Translations under genes and position numbers: made by a program
Part shown: piece by piece, positions 9,878 to 19,644 of the stretch
How the letters are laid out: every line of letters begins with the position of its first letter
Position numbering within the stretch: the stretch's first letter is position 1
The notes under the pieces: generated by a model
What the model was told of the DNA's origin: nothing
Database searches by the model: none
What the model saw: only the letters and a program-made list of their open reading frames with translations
Source of the DNA: an uncultured delta proteobacterium
GTDB lineage: Bacteria; Desulfobacterota; Binatia; Binatales; Binataceae
DNA: 64,000 nt
Reading direction: 5' to 3'
NCBI GenBank assembly: GCA_963711565.1
Contig: CAVQEQ010000002.1
Span: 240,181-304,180, forward strand

Positions 9878-9933
9878 GGTGATGGGGTTCCGCCGCTAAC
9901 CGCTCCCGCTTGAGTGAGCTAATGACCCCTACT
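9878..9933 (+). promoter_or_regulatory. fluoride riboswitch #4, upstream of DUF190-CBS and crcB
   Basis: GGTGATGGGGTTCCGCC-GCTAACC-GCTC..GAGC-TAATGACCCCTAC. Confidence 0.93.
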
Positions 9934-10001
9934 CTGGTGTTGAGCACAGGTAGGGGCTTTTCTTTTGAAAGGGCTCTGCCGAAAGGTAGAGGGCCTTTTT
10001 T
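9926..10001 (+). terminator. two tandem terminator hairpins after riboswitch #4
   Basis: CCCCTAC...GTAGGGG-CTTTTCTTTT, then AAAGGGCTCTGCC-GAAA-GGTAGAGGGCC-TTTTTT. Confidence 0.75.
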
Positions 10002-10092
10002 GATCGCAGCAGCTTGCAATTTGCTACGCTCTCGGAAGAACCGTTCGCAGGGGCGGGCCTGCGCTTTCACAACGCCAGGAGGGCAGTGATCG

Positions 10093-11373
10093 ATGTTCAC
10101 CGGAAGGGCCAAGCAGGTGACGATCTTCATCGGCGAAACGGACCAATATCATCACCAGGCGCTGTACATGACGATCATCGAGATGCTCCGGCGTGAGGGA
10201 TGCAGCGGTGCGACCGCCACTCGGGGCGTTGCCGGGTTTGGGGCTTCATCGATGATTCACACGGCGGCTATCCTTCGGCTGTCCTTCGATCAGCCAATCG
10301 TGATCACGGTCGTGGATCGCCCCGAGCGGATCGATCGCATTCTCGGTCCGCTGCGCGAAATGGCTCCCAGCGCCCTCATCACGGTTCAGGAGGTTGAAGT
10401 CGTCCAATCGGGTGCTCCCTTCAAAGAGGGTCTACCCGACCTGAAGGTCTCGGAAGTGATGCGCCGAGAGGTCGCGACAGTGCATGCCGACAGTCCAATC
10501 ACCCAGGTTATTGAGCTGCTGCTCGATAAGGACTTCACTGCGGTGCCTGTCGTCGACGACCAGGGCAAGGTGGTCGGGATGGTGAGCGACAACGATCTGC
10601 TCTTGCGCGGTGGGATGAACGTCACGATTAGCTTGAAAAAGGCCACCGATTTGGACTACGTGCGCGAGCTTCACGAGTCGCTCGAGAACCCGAACCGTAA
10701 AGTGTCTGAGGTGATGACGCGCGAGGTCGTGACGACTGCTCCGGATACCATTCTCGCCCGAGCGGCCAGAGTGATGGTCGATAAACATCTCAAGCGCCTG
10801 CCGGTCGTGGACGGCGACGGAAAGTTGGTGGGTATCCTTGGACGCCTGGACGTGTTGAACACGATCGCGGCGGTCCATCTGCCTGAGTGGCATCCCGAGG
10901 CGCATGCCGTCGGGGCGCAGGCTACGGTGGCCGAGGTGATGAGCCGTGACGTTCCCACCGTCCATGAAAATGCCACGGTGGAACAAATTTTCGATCTGCT
11001 CGTTTCGTCAACGCACAAGCGCGTGATCGTCGTGGACGACAAGCGGCATGTAGTCGGGATCGTCGCCGACTCGGATCTCATTTCCAAAGTGAGCCGTGAG
11101 AGCTGGCCGGGGGTAATGGAAATCCTCATCTCGAAGGTCCCGCTCGGCCGGGCCAGCGTGGAGGCGCGCAAGCACATTCAGAAGTTGCGCGCCCGTTTCG
11201 CAAAAGACCTGATGACGCGTGATGTGGTTACGGTTCGCGAGAAGATGCCGGTCGCCAGCGCCTTGGCGCTCTCTGCGGAAAAGCGGGTTAAGCGGCTGCC
11301 TGTGGTCGACGGCGACGGTGAGTTGGTTGGAATCGTCGGCCGCACCGAGATGTTGAGGGCGTTGCTCGCCTGA
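10093..11373 (+). CDS. DUF190 (PII-like) domain fused to four CBS domains
   Basis: IFIGETD..HQALY..I..G.SGAT..RGVAGFG..IHTA.IL.LS...P; repeated VSEVM..VVD..G.LVGI CBS motifs. Confidence 0.9.
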   Translation: MFTGRAKQVTIFIGETDQYHHQALYMTIIEMLRREGCSGATATRGVAGFGASSMIHTAAILRLSFDQPIVITVVDRPERIDRILGPLREMAPSALITVQEVEVVQSGAPFKEGLPDLKVSEVMRREVATVHADSPITQVIELLLDKDFTAVPVVDDQGKVVGMVSDNDLLLRGGMNVTISLKKATDLDYVRELHESLENPNRKVSEVMTREVVTTAPDTILARAARVMVDKHLKRLPVVDGDGKLVGILGRLDVLNTIAAVHLPEWHPEAHAVGAQATVAEVMSRDVPTVHENATVEQIFDLLVSSTHKRVIVVDDKRHVVGIVADSDLISKVSRESWPGVMEILISKVPLGRASVEARKHIQKLRARFAKDLMTRDVVTVREKMPVASALALSAEKRVKRLPVVDGDGELVGIVGRTEMLRALLA

Positions 11374-11400
11374 AGAAGAGGAGGAGGGATTCGGCGGCTG

Positions 11401-11772
11401 ATGGGAGTGTTGTTTGTCGCGGTAGGCGGAGCCATCGGATCCGTCACTCGCTATCTGGTCGGTGGATGGATTGCCGCTCGTTTTGGCAGTGCTTTTCCAT
11501 ACGGGACGCTGGTAATCAATGTCACCGCGAGTTTCATCATCGGCTTTTTCCTGGCGTTCGCTCAGGAGCGAGTGAGCTTGAATCCGAACTGGCGCCTTTT
11601 TGTCGCGGTCGGATTCGTTGGCGGTTACTCGACGTTCTCGACCTTCGAGTATGAGGGGATTCGATTATTGCAGGAGCGGGAGATGCTGGTCGGTTCGGTC
11701 TATCTCATTGGGAGTGTGATCGCGGGCGGCGTAGCCGCGATAGGCGGGATAGCACTCGGCAGTTGGGTTTGA
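11401..11772 (+). CDS. crcB: fluoride efflux channel Fluc
   Basis: GGAIGS..RY, FPYGTL.IN...SF, GFVGGYSTFSTF. Confidence 0.97.
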   Translation: MGVLFVAVGGAIGSVTRYLVGGWIAARFGSAFPYGTLVINVTASFIIGFFLAFAQERVSLNPNWRLFVAVGFVGGYSTFSTFEYEGIRLLQEREMLVGSVYLIGSVIAGGVAAIGGIALGSWV

Positions 11773-11792
11773 TTTCGGCGAGCGGGCTTGAG

Positions 11793-11820
11793 TTGACTGT
11801 GATAAAAGCACTGCTAAACT
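11793..11820 (+). promoter_or_regulatory. putative sigma70 promoter for riboswitch #5
   Basis: TTGACT-16 nt-TAAACT with TGn extension. Confidence 0.6.
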
Positions 11821-11835
11821 TCTGTTGACAGAGTT

Positions 11836-11892
11836 GGTGATGGGGTTCACCGCCGCAACCGCCCTTTCCTGAGCAGGGCTGATGACCCCTAC
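11836..11892 (+). promoter_or_regulatory. fluoride riboswitch #5, upstream of hyf/Ehr operon
   Basis: GGTGATGGGGTTCACC-GCCGCAACC-GCCCT..AGGGC-TGATGACCCCTAC; platform hairpin ACCCCTACC...GGTAGGGGT-TTGATT (11885-11920). Confidence 0.93.
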
Positions 11893-12025
11893 CGAGGCGT
11901 AAGCTGGTAGGGGTTTGATTAGTTCGGATTCCCTACCTGGTCATTGGAACTCTCGCGCGCGGGTCGCGCCTGCCGGAGATCATCGCGCGAGAAATAACGC
12001 CGCGCAGGAAAGAGCGTAGCGGACG

Positions 12026-12976
12026 ATGGCGCGTTCGATCGGGTTCAACCTGCTTCAGGTGCTGTTCGTGGTGGCGCTCGCCCCGCTGGTGGCGGGGGTG
12101 TTGTCGCGTCTGAAAGAGATCGTGCAATCGCGGCGCGGTCCCAGCGTTTTCCAGCCGTATCGCGACCTTCGCAAGCTATTCAATAAAGACGAAGTCGTCT
12201 CGGAGCAGGCTTCCTGGATTTTCCGCGTGACGCCTCACGTCGTCTTTGTCGCGCCGATCTTCGTCGCCACGCTGATTCCCGTTCTAACCAGCTATCCGCT
12301 CTTCTTCGCGTTCATGGGCGACATGCTGGGCGGAGGGTTTGTGCTGGCATTGGGCGGCTTCTTCGCGACGCTCGCGGCTGTGGATACAGCCAATCCTTAC
12401 GGTCCGATGGGCGCGAGCCGCACGCGCATGGTCGGCTTCCTGGCTGAGCCGGTCTTCATGATCGTTTTTTTCACCGTCTCGTTCGTTGCGGGCTCCACCA
12501 TTCCCTACATCGTTCAGCAGCATTGGGTCACTCCGCTGTCGAACTTCTTCGCGCCGTCGCATGTGCTGCTGGTGATCGCCTTCGTGATGCTCATTCTTGC
12601 TGAAGCCGGGCGGATCCCAGTTGACAATCCAACCGGTCATTTCGAGCTCGCGATGATCGACGAATCGAAAAGTCTCGAGTACTCGGGCACCGGCATGGCG
12701 CTGATGAAATGGGGCGGTCAGATGAAGCTGCTGGTGCTGATGTGCATTCTGCTCAACGTACTGGTTACCCCGTGGGGACTGGCAAGCGACAAGAGCACTC
12801 TTGAGGTCCTTTTGGCGGGACCGCTCGTGTTGTTCAAAATCGGGCTCTTCCTATTGGTGTTGGTGGTGATTGAATCCTCGCTGTCCAAACTGCGGCTCTT
12901 TCGGGTCAGCGAGTTCCTGGGGGCTGCGTTCGTAACCTCGGTGGTCGCGATGATCACCGGACTCCTGAACTTCTAG
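12026..12976 (+). CDS. HyfC/HycD (NuoH-like) membrane subunit
   Basis: QSRRGPS.FQPYRDL.KL, GASR, AE.GRIPVDNP..HFELAMI.E...LEYSG. Confidence 0.92.
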   Translation: MARSIGFNLLQVLFVVALAPLVAGVLSRLKEIVQSRRGPSVFQPYRDLRKLFNKDEVVSEQASWIFRVTPHVVFVAPIFVATLIPVLTSYPLFFAFMGDMLGGGFVLALGGFFATLAAVDTANPYGPMGASRTRMVGFLAEPVFMIVFFTVSFVAGSTIPYIVQQHWVTPLSNFFAPSHVLLVIAFVMLILAEAGRIPVDNPTGHFELAMIDESKSLEYSGTGMALMKWGGQMKLLVLMCILLNVLVTPWGLASDKSTLEVLLAGPLVLFKIGLFLLVLVVIESSLSKLRLFRVSEFLGAAFVTSVVAMITGLLNF

Positions 12977-12984
12977 GGGCTGAG

Positions 12985-13665
12985 ATGGCGAACTCCTACG
13001 CGCTCCTGACTTCGCTGAACGGACTGGCTGCGGGGCTGTTTCTGATGAGTTCGTTCGGGCTTGCGGCGACGCGGCAGATGCAGGGGTGCCAGCGATTCTA
13101 TATCACTGAGTCGATCTGCCTCGTGGTGTCCGCGCTATTGCTCGGCATTGGCTTGCACGCGCCCGACCTGCTGGCGGTCGCCGCGCTCGACGCGATAATG
13201 AAGCCCATCGTGATTCCGTATCTGCTTAAGCGCACGGTGCCTGAGGAGATTTTCAGAAGACGTGAGATCGATCAGGTCCTGAACATTCCCAGTTCGCTGC
13301 TGATTGCGCTTGCCCTGACCTTGCTTGCCTTCTACCTGAGCGGATTTCTCCCGCCCGCAGCCGGAAGCATTGCGGCAATCAATTTGCCCGTCGGGCTCGC
13401 CGGACTGTTTATCGGAGTCTACACGCTCACGGTGCGGCGCGAGGCCGTCCCGCAACTGATTGGCATCTTCGGCATCGAGAATGGCGCTCTGCTTTGCGGC
13501 TTCGCCATCGCGCCCACTTTGCCACTGGTCATTGAGATGGCTTTCCCGTTCGACATGCTGATCATCGCGCTCGTGATCGGAATCTTGACGCGGATAACGC
13601 AGGAACGAGTGGGAACGACCGAAGTCGGCGCGTTCGCAGCGCTCAAGGAAGGCGCCAGCAAATGA
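12985..13665 (+). CDS. HyfE-like membrane subunit
   Basis: hydrophobic; K.IVIP..L and QLIG...IENG motifs; operon position. Confidence 0.85.
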   Translation: MANSYALLTSLNGLAAGLFLMSSFGLAATRQMQGCQRFYITESICLVVSALLLGIGLHAPDLLAVAALDAIMKPIVIPYLLKRTVPEEIFRRREIDQVLNIPSSLLIALALTLLAFYLSGFLPPAAGSIAAINLPVGLAGLFIGVYTLTVRREAVPQLIGIFGIENGALLCGFAIAPTLPLVIEMAFPFDMLIIALVIGILTRITQERVGTTEVGAFAALKEGASK

Positions 13666-15110
13666 TACTGCTTGCCATCCTTGCCGTGCCGCTGATTGCC
13701 GCGCTGCTCTCGTGCTTGCCAGTCGGACGCCGGGTAGCGCCGGCGGTCACACTGACATCCTGCACGGTCGTGCTCGCGATGGTGATAGCAGCGGCGATGG
13801 GCGTGGTCGCTCGGGGCTCAGTTGTCGCAATTGCCAATTGGGTCTCTATCGACGGCCTGAGTGCGTTGATTCTGCTGCTGGTCGCGACGATCGGGAGCAC
13901 CGCCGCACTTTTCTCGTGGGGTTACATGGCGCACGAACCGAGCACGCCGCATCTGCGCCGTTACTACGCGAATTACAATCTGTTCGTCTTCGCGATGCTC
14001 TCGGTGCCCATGCTGGCGGAGCCGAACCTGGTTTGGACGGGAGTGGAAATGACGACCATCCTCTCCGTTTACCTTATAGCGTTCGAGAATACGCGCGAGG
14101 CACTGGAAGCCGCGTGGAAGTACTCGGTGTTGACGATCATGGGAGGAGCGATAGCACTCCTCGGGTTTCTGGCGCTGTTCGCCGCGACACGGGGTCAGTA
14201 CCCCGGCGGCGCCTATACATGGCAGACGCTGATCGAGTTGGCGCCGCGAGTTTCGCCGGGCGTGCTCGCGACCGCCTTTGTTCTGATCCTTGTGGGGTTC
14301 GGTGCAAAGGCCGGGTTGGTTCCATTGCACACCTGGCTACCCGACGCGCACAGTCAGGCGCCGAGTCCAATCTGCGCGCTGCTCTCCGGCATCAAGACCA
14401 CCGTCATCCTGTACGTAATATTGCGCCTGGTGCCGGTGCTTAACGCCTCGGGAAAGGTCGACGTCGATGGATGGGCAATGGTCGTTGGGCTGTTTTCGGT
14501 AGGTATCGCGGCGTTTCTCATCATCCAGGTAACCGACTATAAGCGCCTGTTCGCATTCTCCACGGTCGAACACATGGGCATTATCCTTACCGCCGCCGGC
14601 ATCGGCGGCGCCGCCGGGCACTACGGCGCGGTGTATCAAATACTCAATCACGCACTGACAAAGTCATTCTGTTTCTTCGCGGCCGGAGCAACTCTGCTCG
14701 TCGTCGATACACGACAGATAGCTGAAGTGCGGGGTTTGATACGAACCTCACCGTCGGCCGGCGCTGCCCTGCTATTCGGAGGAATCGCGATCGCCGGGGC
14801 GCCACCGCTCGCAGTGTTCCTGAGCGAATTCTCGATTCTGCGCTCCGGAATGGCGGAGCAACACTACCTTGCAAGCGGCTTGCTCGCCGCGTTCGTTATC
14901 GTCGCCTTTTTCGGAATTCTCTATCACCTTAATCTTATGGTCTTCGGACAAGCCTCGTCGCCCACCGTCGATAGCATTCCGGTAAGACTGCCGCGAAGCT
15001 GCGTGCTGACCCTTATTCTGGCCGCAGCGCCAATCATCATACTCGGGGTCTATATGCCGGAGCCGCTTCACAGGCTGCTCGAGATGGCGGCCGACGGCCT
15101 GTCGAGGTGA
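13662..15110 (+). CDS. HyfF-like proton-translocating (NuoL/M/N family) subunit
   Basis: EAAWKY, GFGAKAGLVPLHTWLPDAHSQAPSP, KRLFAFSTVEHMG, F.SEF. Confidence 0.92.
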   Translation: MILLAILAVPLIAALLSCLPVGRRVAPAVTLTSCTVVLAMVIAAAMGVVARGSVVAIANWVSIDGLSALILLLVATIGSTAALFSWGYMAHEPSTPHLRRYYANYNLFVFAMLSVPMLAEPNLVWTGVEMTTILSVYLIAFENTREALEAAWKYSVLTIMGGAIALLGFLALFAATRGQYPGGAYTWQTLIELAPRVSPGVLATAFVLILVGFGAKAGLVPLHTWLPDAHSQAPSPICALLSGIKTTVILYVILRLVPVLNASGKVDVDGWAMVVGLFSVGIAAFLIIQVTDYKRLFAFSTVEHMGIILTAAGIGGAAGHYGAVYQILNHALTKSFCFFAAGATLLVVDTRQIAEVRGLIRTSPSAGAALLFGGIAIAGAPPLAVFLSEFSILRSGMAEQHYLASGLLAAFVIVAFFGILYHLNLMVFGQASSPTVDSIPVRLPRSCVLTLILAAAPIIILGVYMPEPLHRLLEMAADGLSR

Positions 15111-15113
15111 ACG

Positions 15114-16703
15114 ATGCCCGTCGTACTGACTCAAGTGGTCGAGGAGGCCAGGGCACGCTGGGCCGGCAGAGTTAGCGCGACTATCAATGATCGCGTCGAT
15201 TCCGCGTGTCAGCTTGAATGTGAACCGGCAGCTCTACCAGAGATTTGCGAGTGGTTGTTTTCAAGTCTGCGCTACAGTTTCGGCAGTCTTATCGTCGAGC
15301 AGCGAGCGCGATGGGACCTGCGATACGTCTTCTACGGCGAACATGACGCTGGTTGGGTGCACGCGCTTACTCATTCGTCCAGTTCCGAAAATCGTGTACC
15401 CAGCATCAGCAAACAGATTCACGCCGCCGATTGGCACGAACGCGAGGTTGAGGACCTGTTTGGACTGGACTTCGAGGGACATCCGCGTCTCGGCGATTTC
15501 GTCCTTCACAATGACGCCTGGCAAGAGGGCGTCAATCCGATGCGCAAGAGCTTTGATGCGGCTCAGCCTGTACTGCATCGTGAGCCCGACCTGAATTGGA
15601 AGCCTCGCCAGATCGTCGAGGAGACCGGCTCTTTCCTCATGCCGGTAGGACCGGTCTTTTCCGCCGCAACCGGACCGGTACACTTTCAGCTCGAGACGGT
15701 CGGCGAGGATGTCATCCGCGCGTGGCCGCGCCTCTTCTACGCATACCGCGGTCTCGAGAAGATCGCCGAGGGCCGGCGGGCTGACGATGTCGTGCTTATA
15801 GCGGAGCGTATCAGCGGAACTTCGGCGTTCGCTCATTCGTTGGCGCTCTGTCAGGCCGTGGAACGAGCCTGCCATATCGAGGTGCCGCCGAAAGCGCGTG
15901 CGCTGAGGATATTTATCGCGGAGCTGGAACGCCTGCGTCATCATGTTGCGGCTATCGAGGGAATCTGCGAATCCACTGCGCTTGCGGTCGCCGCCGCCCA
16001 GGCCGCGATTCTCGAAGAGGACCTCTTACGGATTTCCGGCGCGCTGACGGGTCACCGTTATCTTTTCGGGCTGAATACCTTCGGCGGCCTGACGATGGAC
16101 CTCGAAGATACAGTCTGCAAGCGGACAGCGTCGCAGGTCCGCGATGTGGCCGCGAAGCTCTCACAGCTTGAGCGGATGCTGAGCACGTCGAGTAGTTTTC
16201 TCGACCGGCTGGAGGAAGTCGGCAACGTGTCAGCAGATGTTGCTCGCGAATTTGGCCTGGTGGGACCGATCGCCCGTGCGTCAGGCGTCTCGCGGGACCT
16301 GAGGAAGGCACAGCCATATTCCGGCTACGAGCAGATCGAGTTTGAAGTTCCGCAGGAGTCGGAGGGAGACGGTTTCGCGCGGTTGCGGCTGTTCTTCCGG
16401 GAGGCCGCACAATCCGCCCGAATAATCGCGCGGCTCGCGGAGACGATTCCCGACGGGCCGTTTCGCGTGCCTGAGGTGATGCTGCGGCCCGGCGCCGCGC
16501 TTGGCTGGGTCGAAGCGCCACGTGGAGCAGCGCTCCATTGGATTCGCCTCGGCGAGGCCGGCGTCGTGGATCGATACCGAATCGTGACGCCGTCATTCGC
16601 GAACTGGCACGGATTCAGACTCGCGGCGGAAAATTTCGCCTTTCAGGATTTCCCGATAATCCTCGCAACCTTTGCGCTCTCAGTTCACGAGAACGATCGC
16701 TAG
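15114..16703 (+). CDS. HyfG/HycE-like large subunit (NuoC-D fold) lacking NiFe-binding cysteines (Ehr type)
   Basis: EREVEDLFGL.FEGHP, GPV, ELERL, GLVGP.ARASG, VEAPRG; ERISGTS replaces RxCGxC and ATFALSVHENDR replaces DPCxxC. Confidence 0.9.
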   Translation: MPVVLTQVVEEARARWAGRVSATINDRVDSACQLECEPAALPEICEWLFSSLRYSFGSLIVEQRARWDLRYVFYGEHDAGWVHALTHSSSSENRVPSISKQIHAADWHEREVEDLFGLDFEGHPRLGDFVLHNDAWQEGVNPMRKSFDAAQPVLHREPDLNWKPRQIVEETGSFLMPVGPVFSAATGPVHFQLETVGEDVIRAWPRLFYAYRGLEKIAEGRRADDVVLIAERISGTSAFAHSLALCQAVERACHIEVPPKARALRIFIAELERLRHHVAAIEGICESTALAVAAAQAAILEEDLLRISGALTGHRYLFGLNTFGGLTMDLEDTVCKRTASQVRDVAAKLSQLERMLSTSSSFLDRLEEVGNVSADVAREFGLVGPIARASGVSRDLRKAQPYSGYEQIEFEVPQESEGDGFARLRLFFREAAQSARIIARLAETIPDGPFRVPEVMLRPGAALGWVEAPRGAALHWIRLGEAGVVDRYRIVTPSFANWHGFRLAAENFAFQDFPIILATFALSVHENDR

Positions 16704-16712
16704 CGCGCGCGA

Positions 16713-17456
16713 ATGGCCAGCATGAGCAATTGGGTTATCAAAGGTCTTACAACCGGAATCAAGAGTACGCGCTACCCGCGCGTCGAGGAGACCGCCGCTG
16801 GAACTTCACCGGGACTTCCGGGCGCTGTTACACTCCCGCCGGAGTTGGCGCAATCGGTGGTGGCGCGCTGTCCGACTGACGCGCTTGAATTGGGGCCTGC
16901 CGGCGTCAACGTCAACCTCCGCCGATGTATCAACTGCTTCCGATGCGTGCGCGGCGCCAACAGTCCGGTCAACTGGGATCGCGGGTACGAATGCGCGGTG
17001 GCGGTTAATCACGACGATAGCGGGATAGACGGATTCGGCACGGCCTTCCGCCGCTCGCTGCAGATTCTCGTCGTCGATGCGGGCGATTGCGGCGCCTGTC
17101 TCAACGAGGTCAAGCAGCTCAACAATCCTTACTACAACTTGCACCGGCTAGGGTTCTTCCTGACTCCGACGCCGCGCCATGCTGACGTGATGCTCGTGGT
17201 CGGAGCGCTTACCGACCACATGCGAGTGCCGCTGCGCAAGGCCTACGACGCCATGCCGGGACCAAAACGAGTCGTCGCAGTCGGAGCATGTGCATTGTCG
17301 GGAGGAGTCTTCGGTCGCAGCTTTATTTGCGCCGGCGGAGTAGCTGAAATGCTCCCGGTCGATGTCGAGGTGCCGGGCAATCCGCCACCACCGCTCGCGA
17401 TACTGCATGGGCTGCTGGTCGCGGTGGGTCGAAAACCGTCCGCAGGTTCCAGGTGA
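16713..17456 (+). CDS. HyfI/NuoB-like small subunit with N-terminal ferredoxin-like region
   Basis: CPTDAL, CINCFRC, DAGDCGACLNE, TPRHADV, VAVGACA.SGG, VPGNPP. Confidence 0.9.
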   Translation: MASMSNWVIKGLTTGIKSTRYPRVEETAAGTSPGLPGAVTLPPELAQSVVARCPTDALELGPAGVNVNLRRCINCFRCVRGANSPVNWDRGYECAVAVNHDDSGIDGFGTAFRRSLQILVVDAGDCGACLNEVKQLNNPYYNLHRLGFFLTPTPRHADVMLVVGALTDHMRVPLRKAYDAMPGPKRVVAVGACALSGGVFGRSFICAGGVAEMLPVDVEVPGNPPPPLAILHGLLVAVGRKPSAGSR

Positions 17457-19600
17457 TCGCCATGGCCGTGCTGCTAGTTCTCATCCTGACACTCTGCGCC
17501 GCCGGCGTGATTCTTCCGCTCGTTCTTGAGCAACGACTAACGCCGTTAATCGTCGGCTTGGTTGGGGCAAGCGCGTCGGTCCTTCTGCTATGTTTCAGCG
17601 CGGCATCGCTGTTTGCCGGTGTATCTTTCAGCGCGACGCTATGGACCATTCCTTCGCTCGCAACGCTCACGCTGTCACTCGACAGGCTCTCCGCGCTGTT
17701 CCTTTTCGTTTCCGGCCTGGTGCTGCTACCTGGTTCGATTTTCGCCGCGGGCAATCTCAGCAAGTACATCGGCCGTTACAGTCTCAGGGCTTTCAGCGTT
17801 CCATACTTCGCGCTCTTTGCGACGCTGGTGCTGATCCCGCTGTCCGCCGACGCGGTCTCCTTCCTGATGCTGTGGGAGTCGATGTCGATCCTGATCTACC
17901 TGCTGGTCAACTACGAAGACAAAGTCGAAGAGCACACGCGCGCCGGATACCTGATGCTGGCGGTGGGCGAAGCGGGTACGCTGCTCATCGCGCTCGCGTT
18001 TATCGTCCTTGCCAACAACGGCTCGCTGGAGTTTGCGGCGATGAAGGACGCGGGCACCGCGCTTGGTGACTACGCGCGATGGGCGGTATTCCTGCTTGCG
18101 TTCTTTGGCTTCGGCGTGAAGGGGGGGATCATTCCGGTTAATTTCTGGCTCCCGCGCGCGTACACCGCGGCGCCTGACGCTTTCGTTCCGGTGCTGGCGG
18201 GAGCGACGTTGAACCTGGGCTTTTACGGAATTGTCAGGCTCAACGGCGACCTGCTGCCGGCGACTATGGTAGGCCCCGGCCTGGTTGCGCTCATCATCGG
18301 CACCGTCACCGCGCTACTCGGTATTCTCTACGCGACGACCCAGAGCGATCTCAAAACTCTGCTTGCGCACAGCTCGATCGAGAATGCCGGCATCATCACG
18401 GCGGCGTTGGGGGCGGGATTCATATTCGTCGCGTCAGGGCATTTTCCGATCGCGGCTATCGCGTTCGCCGCCGCCTTCTACCACATGGCGAACCACTCGA
18501 TTTACAAAGCTCTACTGTTCTTTTCGACCGGCGCGGTCGATTCGAGTGTGGGAACCCGGAATATCGACCGGCTGGGAGGCTTGATCAAGACGATGCCATA
18601 CAGCGCGTTGTTCTTCCTGGTCGGCGCGCTGTCGATCGCGGCGCTGCCGCCCTTCAACGGTTTCGTCAGTGAATGGCTCACGCTGCAGACGATGTTGCAG
18701 AGCGCGGAACTGGCCGCGACCGGCGTGAAAATCGTCTTCGCGCTGTGCGGCGCCGTTCTCGCGCTGACCACCGCGCTCGCGGTGACATGCTTCGTCAAGG
18801 CGTTCGCGATGAGTTTCCTGGGCATGGCGCGATCCGATGCGGTGACGCAGGCGCGTCCAGCGAGACTCTCTGCGACGGGTCCGATGACCTTTCTCGCACT
18901 GCTCTGCTTGATACTCGGAGTCACTCCGACCTACGTCATTCCGATCCTCGACGGCGCGATCGCGCCGATTGCCCAGCAAGCGCGCGCCGCGGATGCCCTT
19001 GTGCCGCCCTTCTTTGCCGGCAACCTCGATCACGGCGAATTGCCCGCGGCGTTCGTCGCGGATTTTCACGCCCTGGGTGCGCAAGTCGGACAAAGCGTCA
19101 TGCCAGGACGTGGTCTCGTCGTGATGCATCGCGGCGGCGCCGCCAATCCGGTGGTGTTCGCGATGTCCACCTCGTACATGGCGGTAGTCCTTGCACTGAT
19201 GCTGCTCGCTACCTACATCGTGTTCCGATTGATCGTCGCTCGAAACCGCGCCTTTGTGCGGCGCGAGGTGTGGGCTGGTGGAATCCGCCGCTTGCTGCCG
19301 GAGATGACCTACACCGGTACCGGATTCTCGAACCCGGTGCGTGTTATCTTCGAGGCGGTGTTCAGGCCCACAACTGTGGAAGACACTCGCGAGACTGTCG
19401 GTCTGCACTTTCGCGCGGCGATTCGACGCACGCGCGGTGAAAACCACGTGCTCGACCGCTTAGTACTTAATCCGGTCGCGGATGCGGCACTGTGGATCTC
19501 AAACGGCTTCGCCCGCATGCATCATGGCTTCCTGAACGCGTACGTTCTTTACGGACTAAGCGCGCTGATCGTGGCGCTTCTGATCGCGAGGTTCTCGTGA
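17453..19600 (+). CDS. HyfB-like proton-translocating subunit
   Basis: FLMLWESMS, GFGVKGG..P...WLP.AY, LLAHSSIEN.G, NHSIYKALLF, LPPFNGFVSEW. Confidence 0.92.
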   Translation: MIAMAVLLVLILTLCAAGVILPLVLEQRLTPLIVGLVGASASVLLLCFSAASLFAGVSFSATLWTIPSLATLTLSLDRLSALFLFVSGLVLLPGSIFAAGNLSKYIGRYSLRAFSVPYFALFATLVLIPLSADAVSFLMLWESMSILIYLLVNYEDKVEEHTRAGYLMLAVGEAGTLLIALAFIVLANNGSLEFAAMKDAGTALGDYARWAVFLLAFFGFGVKGGIIPVNFWLPRAYTAAPDAFVPVLAGATLNLGFYGIVRLNGDLLPATMVGPGLVALIIGTVTALLGILYATTQSDLKTLLAHSSIENAGIITAALGAGFIFVASGHFPIAAIAFAAAFYHMANHSIYKALLFFSTGAVDSSVGTRNIDRLGGLIKTMPYSALFFLVGALSIAALPPFNGFVSEWLTLQTMLQSAELAATGVKIVFALCGAVLALTTALAVTCFVKAFAMSFLGMARSDAVTQARPARLSATGPMTFLALLCLILGVTPTYVIPILDGAIAPIAQQARAADALVPPFFAGNLDHGELPAAFVADFHALGAQVGQSVMPGRGLVVMHRGGAANPVVFAMSTSYMAVVLALMLLATYIVFRLIVARNRAFVRREVWAGGIRRLLPEMTYTGTGFSNPVRVIFEAVFRPTTVEDTRETVGLHFRAAIRRTRGENHVLDRLVLNPVADAALWISNGFARMHHGFLNAYVLYGLSALIVALLIARFS

Positions 19601-19606
19601 TCGAGC

Positions 19607-19635
19607 TTGACCGGCGCAGCAGCGAGACTTAGTTT
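19607..19635 (+). promoter_or_regulatory. putative sigma70 promoter for riboswitch #6
   Basis: TTGACC-17 nt-TAGTTT, about 10 nt before the aptamer. Confidence 0.65.
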
Positions 19636-19644
19636 AAGACTGTA

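Noticed and set aside
15114-16703. Functional group 4 [NiFe]-hydrogenase / formate hydrogenlyase
   Set aside because: Both Ni-binding CxxC motifs are absent and there are no maturation or fdh genes in the window
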